A DNA stretch of 64,000 bases from Devosia ginsengisoli (lineage in GTDB: Bacteria > Pseudomonadota > Alphaproteobacteria > Rhizobiales > Devosiaceae): NCBI RefSeq assembly GCF_024707105.1, contig NZ_JANQAJ010000011.1, positions 195,488 to 259,487 on the forward strand, given 5' to 3'. The notes under the pieces were generated by a model. It worked only from the letters and a program-made list of their open reading frames with translations, searched no databases and was not told the DNA's origin. Positions 39,322 through 48,384 of this stretch are shown piece after piece; position 1 is the first letter of the stretch; every line of letters starts with the position of its first letter. The translations under genes were made by a program, and so were the position numbers.

Positions 39322-40404
39322 ATGAAACACTCTTATATGACTGCCGCAGCAATCAGCATCGCTGCTTTGATGTCTACAGGCGCCTATGCCCAGGAGGTCG
39401 ACTTTTCCGGCAAGACCATCGAACTGATCGTTCCCTACGGGGAAGGGGGCGGCTCGAGCGTCCATGCTCGCCTGCTGGCTCCGCTTCTGGAGCAAGAGCT
39501 TCCGGGCCATCCCACCATCATCATCCGCAATATCGAAGGCGGTGGATCGGTGCGCGGGATCAATGAGTTTGCAGCGCGCGCCAAGCCGGATGGCCTGACC
39601 ATCGCCGCGCTGGCAACGGGTACCTACTACAGCTACATCCTGGGCGAAGAGACCGTCCAGTATCCGCTGGCCGATTTCATTCCGTTCCTGACCTCGCCCT
39701 ATGGCGTGGTTTCCTACGGCCTCACCAGCTTCGGGCTCACCGGCGATCCGGAGCATGACGTGAAGTACCTGCAGGAGCATAAGGCGGTCTATGTCGGCGA
39801 CGGTCCGGCTGATGCGGACATGCCGGTGCTGTATTGCTTTGACCTGCTCGGGATCGAGCTGAACGGCGTCTTTGGCGTGTCTCGCGGCGAGTCCCGCCAG
39901 GCGTTCATGCGCGGCGAATCCCAGGTCAATTACGACAACATGGCCTCGTGGGACAACGAGTTGAAGCCGATGGTCGATGACGGAACCATGGTGACGCTGT
40001 TCACGATGGGCTTCCAGAACGAGAACGGCGAAGTTGTTCGCGACCCGGTGCTGCCCGATACCGCCACATGCCCCGAACTCTATGAGATCGTGTATGGCGA
40101 GCCCATGTCCGGCGTGGAAAAGGAAGTCTACGAGAACATGTTCGCCATTCGCATGGTGACGGCCAAGACGCTGGTTCTGCCTGCAGGAACGCCGGACGAC
40201 ATCGTCCAGACCTACCAGGCGGCCATCGAACGGGTCGTCGCCCGTCCTGAACTGCAGTCTGCGGCTGCCCAGCTCGAGCTCGGCGGCTATCCGCAGGGCA
40301 CCGGCGAGGTCGCAATCGAGGGTCACCGCACTGCTTCGGTCATGAGCCCTGAGGCCAAGGCCGAGCTGGACCGCTGGCTCAAGGATGTGTGGAATATCGA
40401 CTAA
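39322..40404 (+). CDS. tctC: TctC/Bug-family tripartite tricarboxylate transporter substrate-binding protein
   Basis: 360 aa. Signal peptide MKHSYMTAAAISIAALMSTGAYAQ. IELIVPYGEGGGSSVHARL...IIIRNIEGGGS...NEFAARAKPDG. RBS GGAGGAG. Confidence 0.85.
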   Translation: MKHSYMTAAAISIAALMSTGAYAQEVDFSGKTIELIVPYGEGGGSSVHARLLAPLLEQELPGHPTIIIRNIEGGGSVRGINEFAARAKPDGLTIAALATGTYYSYILGEETVQYPLADFIPFLTSPYGVVSYGLTSFGLTGDPEHDVKYLQEHKAVYVGDGPADADMPVLYCFDLLGIELNGVFGVSRGESRQAFMRGESQVNYDNMASWDNELKPMVDDGTMVTLFTMGFQNENGEVVRDPVLPDTATCPELYEIVYGEPMSGVEKEVYENMFAIRMVTAKTLVLPAGTPDDIVQTYQAAIERVVARPELQSAAAQLELGGYPQGTGEVAIEGHRTASVMSPEAKAELDRWLKDVWNID

Positions 40405-40527
40405 GATCGATTTGCTCTGGCGGGCTGAGGTCCGCCAGAGTTTTCCTTTTGAAGCGCGCTAACCGATCCGGCAACCACCTCAGAGTGGCGGGCGGTAGGC
40501 TGCGCCAAGCTAGCATTGGGCCGCGAA

Positions 40528-42516
40528 ATGGATCTTTCGGCACTGCAATACGCTCTCCCGGCACTGTTGACGCTGGTGACAGGGCCACATCTGCTCTACC
40601 TGATTTTCGGCGTCGCTTTGGGTATGGTCTTCGGCGTGTTGCCGGCCATCGGCGGGCTGGCCGGGATCGCCCTTGTCCTGCCGTTCCTCTTCGGCATGGA
40701 CCCTGGTCCCGCCTTGGCGATGATGATCGGCCTGGCGGCCGTCCCCGCGACATCGGACACGTTCAGTTCGGTGCTGATCGGGGTGCCCGGGGGCGCGGGC
40801 TCGGCAGCGACGGTTATCGACGGTTTTCCGATGTCGAAGCGCGGGGAGGCCGCTCGTGCGCTGACTGCGGCCTTTTTCAGCTCGCTGATCGGTGGCCTCT
40901 TTGGTGCATTCGTACTCAGCTTTGCCTTCGTGGTCGCCACGCCCATCCTGATGGCGATCGGCTTTTCCGAACAACTGATGCTCATCATTCTCGCACTGAC
41001 CCTGGTGGGCATGCTGACCGGGCGCAATCTCGCCAAGGGTCTGGCATCGTGCTGCCTTGGTCTGCTGATTGGATCGATCGGTGCCGCGACCGCCACTGGC
41101 GAACAGCGCTTTGCCTTTGGCACGATCTACCTGATGGATGGCATTCCGCTGGTTGTCGTGGCTCTGGGGGCGTTCGCGCTGCCGGAAATCATGGACGTGC
41201 TGCGCAAGCGTCAATTTATTGCGGGCGATGCACCCTTGGGACATGGATGGCTCCAGGGCTTCCGCGACGTCATCGACAATATCTGGCTGGTCTTGCGCTG
41301 TTCAGGCGTCGGGGCGGTCATGGGCATGCTGCCTGGCATGGGCGGCGGTGTGGTCGGCTGGGTGGCCTATGCCCACGCGGTCCAGACCGCCAAGGACAAG
41401 AGCCAGTTCGGCAAGGGTGACGTCCGGGGTGTGATCGGGCCGGAATCCGCCAACAATGCCAAGGATGGCGGCGATCTTATCCCAACCCTGTTCCTCGGTG
41501 TGCCGAGCAACGGCACCATGGCGCTGTTCCTCGTTGGCCTGACAGTGATCGGGCTCCAGCCGGGTCGCGCCATGGTGACCCAGCATCAGGATATCGTCTA
41601 CCTGATCATTTGGTCGCTCGCGATCGCCAACATTCTGGGCACCGTGATCAGCATCCTTCTGGCGCGTCCCATCGCCAAAGTGACGGCGATCCCGTTCATG
41701 CTGGTGGCGCCGTTCATTCTCGTGGCGATCTTCTTCTCGGCCTATCAATCCAAGTCCGACTGGGGCGATATCATTTCCCTGCTCGTGGTTGGGGTTGTGG
41801 GCCTGTTCATGAAGCGCTTCGGTTGGTCGCGCGCGGGCCTGCTGATCGGCCTCGTCATGTCGCGTAACCTGGAGGCTGCGCTTTATCGCACCGCGCAGGT
41901 CTATGGCCTCGAACTCTTCCTGCGGCCGCTGGCGCTGGTCATCCTGGGGATTGCCGCGCTGATGCTGTTCGTGACGATACGGGCCAAGACTCGCGTCTCG
42001 AGTGAAGGCGATGCATCGCCTGAGCTTTCCATGCCGACGGTCAATCTGCAGTTCGGCTTCCTGCTGGTGCTCATTGCATTTGTGGTCGCCGTGGCGCTCG
42101 ACGTGAGTGACAACACGTTCCTTGCCAAGGTTTTCCCACTTAGCGTGGCCGGCCTGGCGCTGATCTTCCTCACCATTGCCGGCATCGGTATGGTCAGGCG
42201 GAGCAAGGCGCCTGGCCTGATCTTCGACGCCGATCTCAGCGATGACCCCGAGACAGACGGGTCCAAGCCGTTGCTTCCCTTCATGGCACTGATGGCAGCA
42301 CTCCCGCTATCCATCGCGCTTCTGGGATTCTGGCTGGGCTCGGTGGTCTACATGTTCTTGTTCCTGTGGCTGGTGGCACGCAAGTCCGTCCTCTACAGCG
42401 CCATCAACACCGCGCTGTTGGGCCTGTTCTTCTACGTGATGGTCGACCTGATCAATGCCAGGTTCGCACCGGGCCTGCTCCAGCAACTGGTCGATCTGCC
42501 CTATCCGTTAGGATAG
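40528..42516 (+). CDS. TctA-family large permease fused to a C-terminal TctB-like small-subunit region
   Basis: ORF 40516..42516 (TTG 40516 or ATG 40528). The first ~500 aa are TctA-like (GVLPAIGGLAGIALVLPF..., VIDGFPMSKRGEAARAL, GPESANNAKDGGDLIPTLFLGVP). The last ~165 aa add 4-5 hydrophobic helices. No separate tctB ORF lies between tctC and this gene. Confidence 0.75.
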   Translation: MDLSALQYALPALLTLVTGPHLLYLIFGVALGMVFGVLPAIGGLAGIALVLPFLFGMDPGPALAMMIGLAAVPATSDTFSSVLIGVPGGAGSAATVIDGFPMSKRGEAARALTAAFFSSLIGGLFGAFVLSFAFVVATPILMAIGFSEQLMLIILALTLVGMLTGRNLAKGLASCCLGLLIGSIGAATATGEQRFAFGTIYLMDGIPLVVVALGAFALPEIMDVLRKRQFIAGDAPLGHGWLQGFRDVIDNIWLVLRCSGVGAVMGMLPGMGGGVVGWVAYAHAVQTAKDKSQFGKGDVRGVIGPESANNAKDGGDLIPTLFLGVPSNGTMALFLVGLTVIGLQPGRAMVTQHQDIVYLIIWSLAIANILGTVISILLARPIAKVTAIPFMLVAPFILVAIFFSAYQSKSDWGDIISLLVVGVVGLFMKRFGWSRAGLLIGLVMSRNLEAALYRTAQVYGLELFLRPLALVILGIAALMLFVTIRAKTRVSSEGDASPELSMPTVNLQFGFLLVLIAFVVAVALDVSDNTFLAKVFPLSVAGLALIFLTIAGIGMVRRSKAPGLIFDADLSDDPETDGSKPLLPFMALMAALPLSIALLGFWLGSVVYMFLFLWLVARKSVLYSAINTALLGLFFYVMVDLINARFAPGLLQQLVDLPYPLG

Positions 42517-42520
42517 CTCC

Positions 42521-42550
42521 GATGTGGCGGCGGGTATCCGCCGCCACATC
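42521..42550 (+). terminator. strong hairpin GATGTGGCGGCGG-gtat-CCGCCGCCACATC just after the tctA-B stop
   Basis: Perfect 13-bp stem with a 4-nt loop, read directly. No T tract follows, so it could be a terminator, attenuator or mRNA stabiliser. Confidence 0.45.
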
Positions 42551-42606
42551 CAATGCGAGCTGTGCTCTGGCCAGCTTGGCAACCAACTCATATCTGGAGG
42601 AAAGCC

Positions 42607-44298
42607 ATGTCTGGCGGGGTGCAGCATGTGATTGCAGGAGCGGTGGACGGGGCAGGGGAACAGCCAGTCTACGCGGCTCTGGCGGAGGCTTTTGTGGCGG
42701 AGGGCGTCGACCATCATTTCCTGTTGATGGGGCACGGTCAGATGCTTTGGGCCATTGCCATGGACAAACTGCCCGGCATGCGAAGCATCGATGCCCGGCA
42801 CGAACACTGCGCCGTCGCCGAGGCGATAGGCTACCATTTTGCCACAGGCAAGGTCGGCGTCGCTTCGGTGACCTGCGGCCCGGGCTTTACCCAGACGATG
42901 ACGGCGTTGACCTCGGCGGCGCAGGCCCGGGTTCCTCTGGTGATCCTGGCGGCCGACAGCCCGCTGAATCAGCGCTGGTATAACCAGTCTGTGGACCAGG
43001 CTGCACTGGCCAGGGCCACCGGCTCTCATTTCATCGCTGCCCACAGTCCCGCGCTGATGCGTGATTATGTGCAGGAGGCGTTCTACACGGCACACTTCGA
43101 GCGGCGACCGGTCGTGCTCAGCATTCCCTATGACCTGCTCAAGCTCTCCATCTCCACGCAGAAGCCTTACATTCCCTCGACCACCCTCCTGCCGCAGGTT
43201 GGCCCCATGCCGCCGAACCCCGCCGATATCGACCGGCTGGCGGAGCGGCTGAGGACGGCGCAGCGGCCGATTTTACTGGCGGGCAGGGGGGCTGTCCGGT
43301 CCGGGGCAGGGCCTGCTATCGAGGCGCTGGCCGATACCACCGGGGCCTTGTTGGCCACGAGTCTGCCGGCGCGGGGGCTGTTCGATCGCTCATCTTTCTC
43401 CGTCGGCGTGGCGGGCGGCTTTGCCAGCCAGGTTGCTGTCCAATGTTTCGCGGAAGCCGACATGGTCGTCGCCATCGGCGCCAGCCTGACTCATTACACG
43501 GTCGATGGTGGTGGGCTTTTCCCCAATGCCTTCACTGCCCAGATCGATGAAAACCCGCTCGGCATGCGCCATGGACGGCAGGCTGCAGACATCTATGTGC
43601 GGGGCGATGCCGCGCTGGCTGCGCAGGCCCTCATGGATCACCTGAAGGGGGGAACGGCTGCGCGATTCCGGAGCGATGAACTGGCCCGGCGCATCGTCGA
43701 AACACCACCCGATGCAACGCCTTACGAGGTCGAGCCGGGCTTGCTGGATCCTCGTGAAGTGGTCAAGGAAATCGACCGCGTCATACCCAAGGACTGGGAT
43801 ATCGTCAGCGGCACCGGACATTCTTCCTATTTCTACACCCATCTCCGCGACCGCCGACCCGAACAGTTCCATGTGCTGCGCGAATTCGGCGCCATCGGCA
43901 GCAGCCTGGCGATGGCGATCGGGGTGGCGGCAGTCCGCAATAACGGCAAGGTGCTGTTGCTCGATGGTGATGGCGGTCTGATGATGCATATCCAGGAACT
44001 CGAATCCATCCAGCGCCAGGGCATCAGGCTGGTCATATGTGCGCTCAATGACGGGGGCTTCGGCGCCGAAATCCACAAGCTGCGCAAGATCGGGGTGGAC
44101 GAAAAGATGGCCACATTCGGCCGGCCGGACTTTGCAGCCATTGGCAAAGGCTTCGGGCTGGATGTCGCGACTGTCGACGGGCCGGGCCAGATCGAGCGAG
44201 CCTTTGCGCAATATGACCCGGAAGGGCGATCCGCGATCTGGGACGTGCACATCTCGACACGTGTCTCGTCGCCGCGCGGACGCAAGCAGCCGAACTAG
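42607..44298 (+). CDS. thiamine-diphosphate-dependent enzyme, paralogue 2
   Basis: ORF 42553..44298; start moved to MSGGVQHV (ATG 42607, RBS GGAGGA). Shares GKVGVASVTCGPGFTQ and ARHEHCA with 3680..5353. TPP motif GDGG...NDGGFG. Confidence 0.8.
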   Translation: MSGGVQHVIAGAVDGAGEQPVYAALAEAFVAEGVDHHFLLMGHGQMLWAIAMDKLPGMRSIDARHEHCAVAEAIGYHFATGKVGVASVTCGPGFTQTMTALTSAAQARVPLVILAADSPLNQRWYNQSVDQAALARATGSHFIAAHSPALMRDYVQEAFYTAHFERRPVVLSIPYDLLKLSISTQKPYIPSTTLLPQVGPMPPNPADIDRLAERLRTAQRPILLAGRGAVRSGAGPAIEALADTTGALLATSLPARGLFDRSSFSVGVAGGFASQVAVQCFAEADMVVAIGASLTHYTVDGGGLFPNAFTAQIDENPLGMRHGRQAADIYVRGDAALAAQALMDHLKGGTAARFRSDELARRIVETPPDATPYEVEPGLLDPREVVKEIDRVIPKDWDIVSGTGHSSYFYTHLRDRRPEQFHVLREFGAIGSSLAMAIGVAAVRNNGKVLLLDGDGGLMMHIQELESIQRQGIRLVICALNDGGFGAEIHKLRKIGVDEKMATFGRPDFAAIGKGFGLDVATVDGPGQIERAFAQYDPEGRSAIWDVHISTRVSSPRGRKQPN

Positions 44299-44381
44299 GG
44301 GCCAGAGAGCTTTCCTTATTCAGTTCGCCAGAATCGTGTTCTGATAGACCTTAGCAGTTCGGGCATCCGCTGGAGGTCATT

Positions 44382-44807
44382 TTGGGAGCGCAACTGGCAC
44401 CGTACGCGATGAGCATAGTGGGCGTGCTGGCGCTTTGCCTGCTGTCGCTGGTTCTGGCGGTTTATTCGGGGCGCTCCAAGGGCGCGGCCGGGGCGCTGTC
44501 CGGACCGGTGCTCGACGCGCGCGATGACAACAAGCTCTATCGCATCGACCGGGTGCACATGAATTCCGTGGAGGCGTTGACGCCATTCGCCGTGTCGGTG
44601 GTGATCGCCATGCTGGTCGAGGTGACGCCGGCGCTGCTTGCGGGGCTGGTATGGCTGCATGTGGCGATTCGGCTTGCCCATCTCGTTATCTACCTGCGCG
44701 GCGGGGAAGCGGCAAAAGGGGGACATCTCAGAACCGTGCTTTACGTCTCGTCGGCACTCGTCACGATGGTGCTGATTATCGCTGCCGGATGGGCGGCGCT
44801 CACCTGA
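44382..44807 (+). CDS. small integral membrane protein, possibly MAPEG family
   Basis: 141 aa, TTG start with RBS GGAGG. Four hydrophobic segments. R..H.N..E motif region (RIDRVHMNSVEAL) resembles MAPEG proteins. Assignment tentative. Confidence 0.45.
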   Translation: MGAQLAPYAMSIVGVLALCLLSLVLAVYSGRSKGAAGALSGPVLDARDDNKLYRIDRVHMNSVEALTPFAVSVVIAMLVEVTPALLAGLVWLHVAIRLAHLVIYLRGGEAAKGGHLRTVLYVSSALVTMVLIIAAGWAALT

Positions 44808-44937
44808 ATGGCGCCTATCCGCAATTCGCATAACAAATATTATGGAACTAAAATTGATACGAAAAGCTGGGAATGCCTGGTGTTTTCCGCCTGTTTCGCG
44901 TTATCAGCGATGATCGCACCGACCTGAGGACGCCAGA

Positions 44938-45453
44938 ATGACCGCGCCGCTTTATATCATCACGGGAGCCATGGCTGCCGGCAAGTCGACCATTGCCAAG
45001 GCCTTGGTACAGTGTTTCGACAAGTCGGCGCATGTGGGCGGCGATGCTTTCCTGCGCATGATTGCCAAGGGTGGCGCCGTCATGGGTCCGGTGCTCGACA
45101 GCGAGGCCATCGCGCAGCTGCATTTGCGGCAGGATATCGCCATGGATGCGGTGCGGCGCTTTGTGGGCGCGGGATTTGCCACCGTGTACCAGGACATCCT
45201 GATCGGCGCGGATTTCGTTCGTGTCACCACGGCACTGGCCGATCTCACGCCGCGTATCGTCGTGCTCAATCCCAGTGTCGAAACCCTGGCCCAGCGCGAT
45301 GCCGACCGGCACAAGACCGGTTACGGCGAGCATTTCCCGCCCGATGTGCTCGCCGACGCGCTGCGCGCTGAAACGCCGCGCGAAGGTCTGTGGCTGGATA
45401 CGTCAGCGATGAGCGTCGATGGCGTGGCCGAGGCCATCCTCGAGCACTGGTAG
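44938..45453 (+). CDS. P-loop kinase/AAA-family ATPase (small-molecule kinase-like)
   Basis: 171 aa. Walker A ITGAMAAGKSTIAK. Size and layout resemble gluconate/chloramphenicol-phosphotransferase-type kinases. Confidence 0.6.
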   Translation: MTAPLYIITGAMAAGKSTIAKALVQCFDKSAHVGGDAFLRMIAKGGAVMGPVLDSEAIAQLHLRQDIAMDAVRRFVGAGFATVYQDILIGADFVRVTTALADLTPRIVVLNPSVETLAQRDADRHKTGYGEHFPPDVLADALRAETPREGLWLDTSAMSVDGVAEAILEHW

Positions 45454-46359
45454 CGCTTCGGCGACGGCCAGATCGGCCATGGCGAGCGCGGCTTCGCGGG
45501 TTTTGGCGGCGGCTACGAAGCGACCATTGTGGCAGAAGCTGGCGCCGATAACGCCGGACACGGCCTCCAGCTCGCCATTGGTCAGGCCGGCCCAGGCCGC
45601 CGGCAGATCGGCGCGTACAGCGAAACCGTCATCGCCGCGGCGGATGGTGGTGAGGCACCAGTCCCTTTCACGCGGGTGAACGACGAAGAGCAGATGGTCG
45701 GCGCCCGCTTTCACGATGGCCGGGCGGAACGGCATGCCCATGGGAAGTTCGAGCACACGCGCCTGCCCGGTTTTCTCGATGGCCTGTCGCACTACGGTTT
45801 CGGCGCGCAGCTTGGCGGCGGCACGGGCAATCGCGGCTTCGACAAAGGTCCGCGCGACGGCCAATGCGCTGTGAAATGCAGCCATCTCGGCATCGGGATC
45901 GGTATTGTCGAAGTCCGGCTTCAGCGTTTCGAGCAGCGATGGCAGCGTCAGGCTGGCCAGCGGACCCGAGGGGCTGAGTGCGCCATTGTCCGTCAAGTCG
46001 ACAGGCAGGACGAAGCTGGCGTCGAAAGATGCGTGAATGGCGTCGACATGGGCTTCAGGCACGGCGGCCGCGGCCAGGTAGGCGCGACCATAATGCTTCC
46101 AGATCAGGCCGAACGAGCTGTAGGGTTGACCATCGTCGCGTAGAGGCGCGCCGCGCTGGTGATGGTCGAAAATGCGCTTTTCGCCATCATAGGCGCCGCC
46201 GACATCATAGATGATGCGATCCGCACCGGGCGTGATCCAGTCAGGCGCCCTGCTCCGCTTGATCCGGGCTTGCGGAAAAAGCCGGGTCAGGACAACGCTG
46301 GAGAGCAATTCATCGGCATGAAAACCACCGGAATGGGTGACGAGAAAGTCGGGAATCAT
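45403..46359 (-). CDS. MYG1-family (UPF0160) metal-dependent hydrolase
   Basis: 318 aa. THSGGFHADELLS, FDHHQRG, SSFGLIWKHYG are typical of MYG1. Confidence 0.85.
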   Translation of the reverse strand: MIPDFLVTHSGGFHADELLSSVVLTRLFPQARIKRSRAPDWITPGADRIIYDVGGAYDGEKRIFDHHQRGAPLRDDGQPYSSFGLIWKHYGRAYLAAAAVPEAHVDAIHASFDASFVLPVDLTDNGALSPSGPLASLTLPSLLETLKPDFDNTDPDAEMAAFHSALAVARTFVEAAIARAAAKLRAETVVRQAIEKTGQARVLELPMGMPFRPAIVKAGADHLLFVVHPRERDWCLTTIRRGDDGFAVRADLPAAWAGLTNGELEAVSGVIGASFCHNGRFVAAAKTREAALAMADLAVAEALPVLEDGLGHAIDAHR

Positions 46360-46472
46360 GCCGTTATATGCCTTGTTGGTTTGCGGAGCCGGCTGGGCGG
46401 TGGCAACAGATAGACATTGCCGGCCGGCAGCTCAACCGCATTCGGGCCAAATGCACGAATCCAATGGACAAT

Positions 46473-46490
46473 TTTGACCATTTGGTCAAA
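46473..46490. promoter_or_regulatory. palindromic operator candidate TTTGACC-attt-GGTCAAA upstream of fgd
   Basis: Read directly. 33 bp upstream of ATG 46523. A near-identical copy lies at 51169..51186. Confidence 0.55.
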
Positions 46491-46522
46491 GTATTGGGGC
46501 CGGCGAGCATTGGAGGACAGGC

Positions 46523-47539
46523 ATGCGCTTCGGTTACAAGGCTTCTGCGGAACAGTTCGCCCCCAATACGCTGCTGCGCTTCGCCATCGAGGCGGAGCAG
46601 GCCGGCTTTGAATCGGTCTTCATCAGCGACCATTTCCAGCCGTGGAAGCATACCGATGGCCATGCACCCTTCGCGCCATCCTGGATCGCGGCGGCGCTGG
46701 CACGCACGGAAAATATCGTCGTCGGTACCTCGGTGCTGACGCCGACATTCCGGCTGCATCCATCGGTCGTCGCGCATGCTTTCGGTACTCTGGGCACCAT
46801 GTTTCCCGAGCGCGTCATCCTGGGCGTGGGCACCGGGGAATCGCTCAACGAAGTGCCTTCCACGGGCATGGTCTGGCCCGAACTCAAGGAGCGTTCGGCG
46901 CGGCTGCGGGAGGCGGTGGCGCTGATCCGCCGGTTGTGGAGCGAGGATCGCGTGACCTTTGAGGGCGAATTCTACAAGACACAGAATGCGACCATCTATG
47001 ACAAGCCGGACAAGATGGTGCCGATCTATCTCGCGGCGGGTGGGCCGCTCAACGCAAAATATGCCGGCCGGGCCGGTGATGGCTTCATCTGCACTTCGGG
47101 CAAGGGGGCGGAGCTCTATGTCGATCAGCTGCTGCCCAATGTGGCGCTTGGCCGGGCCCAATCCGATAGGGGCGCCCTGCCCTTCGAACGCATGATCGAG
47201 GTCAAGGTATCGTTCGATCCCGATCCGGCGCTGGCGCTGAACAATACGCGGGCCTGGGCGGCCCTGTCGCTGACGCCGGAGGAAAAGCATTCGGTGCAGG
47301 ATCCGGCCGAAATGGAGCGGCTGGCCGACGCACTGCCAATCGAGCGGGTTGCCAAGCGCTGGATCGTCTCCAGCGATCCCGATGAGCATGTGGCTGCGAT
47401 CAAGACCTATATGGATTACGGCTTCGACCACCTGGTGTTCCATGCGCCAGCCGAAGACCAGAGCCGGTTCATCAGCCTCTATGCCAAGGAAATCCTGCCG
47501 CGATTGCGGGCGCTTGCGCCGGCAGCAACGGCCAGCTAG
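46523..47539 (+). CDS. fgd: LLM-class F420-dependent glucose-6-phosphate dehydrogenase-like oxidoreductase
   Basis: 338 aa. GYKASAEQF, SDHFQPW, GTSVLTPTFR, GVGTGESLNE, YAGRAGDGFICTSGKG, KRWIVSSDPDE and LVFHAP match my recollection of the FGD1 family. Confidence 0.8.
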   Translation: MRFGYKASAEQFAPNTLLRFAIEAEQAGFESVFISDHFQPWKHTDGHAPFAPSWIAAALARTENIVVGTSVLTPTFRLHPSVVAHAFGTLGTMFPERVILGVGTGESLNEVPSTGMVWPELKERSARLREAVALIRRLWSEDRVTFEGEFYKTQNATIYDKPDKMVPIYLAAGGPLNAKYAGRAGDGFICTSGKGAELYVDQLLPNVALGRAQSDRGALPFERMIEVKVSFDPDPALALNNTRAWAALSLTPEEKHSVQDPAEMERLADALPIERVAKRWIVSSDPDEHVAAIKTYMDYGFDHLVFHAPAEDQSRFISLYAKEILPRLRALAPAATAS

Positions 47540-47578
47540 GTCCCCACCCATGCCAATGCCACGATATACAGTCTGGGG

Positions 47579-48379
47579 GTGACGGGCGTGCCGGAGATCG
47601 GGCCGGGCGACGATCTCGTGGCGCTGATTGCGGCGGCTATCGAGGCATCGCTGGCAGAAGACCCGGAAGCAGCTCTGAGGGACGGCGATATCCTTGTCGT
47701 CACCAGCAAGATTGTCTCCAAGGCCGAGGGCATGCAGGTGCCGGCCAGCGAGCGCGAACAAGCTATTTCCGCCGATACGGTGCGTGTCGTGGCCGAGCGG
47801 GTGCATCCCGGCGGGGTGACCCGCATCGTCGAGACGCGGCATGGGCTGATCATGGCCGCCGCCGGTATCGATACGTCCAATGTGCCGGACGGGCTGGCCC
47901 TGCGGCTGCCGGAAGACCCCGACCGGTCGGCCCGGGCGCTGTGCGAAGGCCTGCGCGAACGGTTCGGGGTGTCGCTGGGCGTCATCGTCACCGATACGCT
48001 GGGCCGGCCCTGGCGCGTCGGGCAGACCGATGTCGCCATTGGCGCGGCCGGCATGATCGTTACTGATGACCTGCGGGGCGGCGTCGACGCCAATGGCCGC
48101 CCGCTCAATGTCACCATCACCGTGCTGGCCGACGAATTGGCGGGCGCGGCCGATCTCGTCAAGGGCAAGGCCAGCGGCATTCCCGTTGCCGTAGTGCGCG
48201 GGCTGGGACGGCTGGTAACCGCGCTCGATGCGCCAGGTGCCCGTTCGCTGGTTCGCGGGGTGGACGATGATATGTTCCGCTTCGGCTCGGCGGAAGCCTA
48301 TCGGCTGGGCTATGAGGCTGCGCAGGCCGAATTGCGCGACCGGGATGACCAAGCCAGCGAATGCGTCAAACAGGATTGA
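47579..48379 (+). CDS. cofE: coenzyme F420-0:L-glutamate ligase (short CofE type, no FbiB nitroreductase domain)
   Basis: 266 aa, GTG start. [78 protein letters not shown]. Confidence 0.82.
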   Translation: MTGVPEIGPGDDLVALIAAAIEASLAEDPEAALRDGDILVVTSKIVSKAEGMQVPASEREQAISADTVRVVAERVHPGGVTRIVETRHGLIMAAAGIDTSNVPDGLALRLPEDPDRSARALCEGLRERFGVSLGVIVTDTLGRPWRVGQTDVAIGAAGMIVTDDLRGGVDANGRPLNVTITVLADELAGAADLVKGKASGIPVAVVRGLGRLVTALDAPGARSLVRGVDDDMFRFGSAEAYRLGYEAAQAELRDRDDQASECVKQD

Positions 48380-48384
48380 CCCTC

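Noticed and set aside
40389-41420. 343-aa plus-strand ORF in the position where a separate tctB might be expected
   Set aside because: It overlaps the end of tctC and the first 900 nt of tctA in another frame. It is Arg/Gly-rich rather than hydrophobic, so it is not a membrane protein.
3680-44298. Catabolic island considered as a mobile genomic island or ICE
   Set aside because: No integrase, transposase, conjugation genes, tRNA attachment site or direct repeats were found. The inverted TctC-TPP paralogue modules are protein-level homologues, not DNA repeats that I could verify.
46364-48352. 662-aa minus-strand ORF spanning the fgd-cofE region
   Set aside because: Antisense to two genes with strong family motifs. 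Its composition is typical of GC-driven spurious ORFs.
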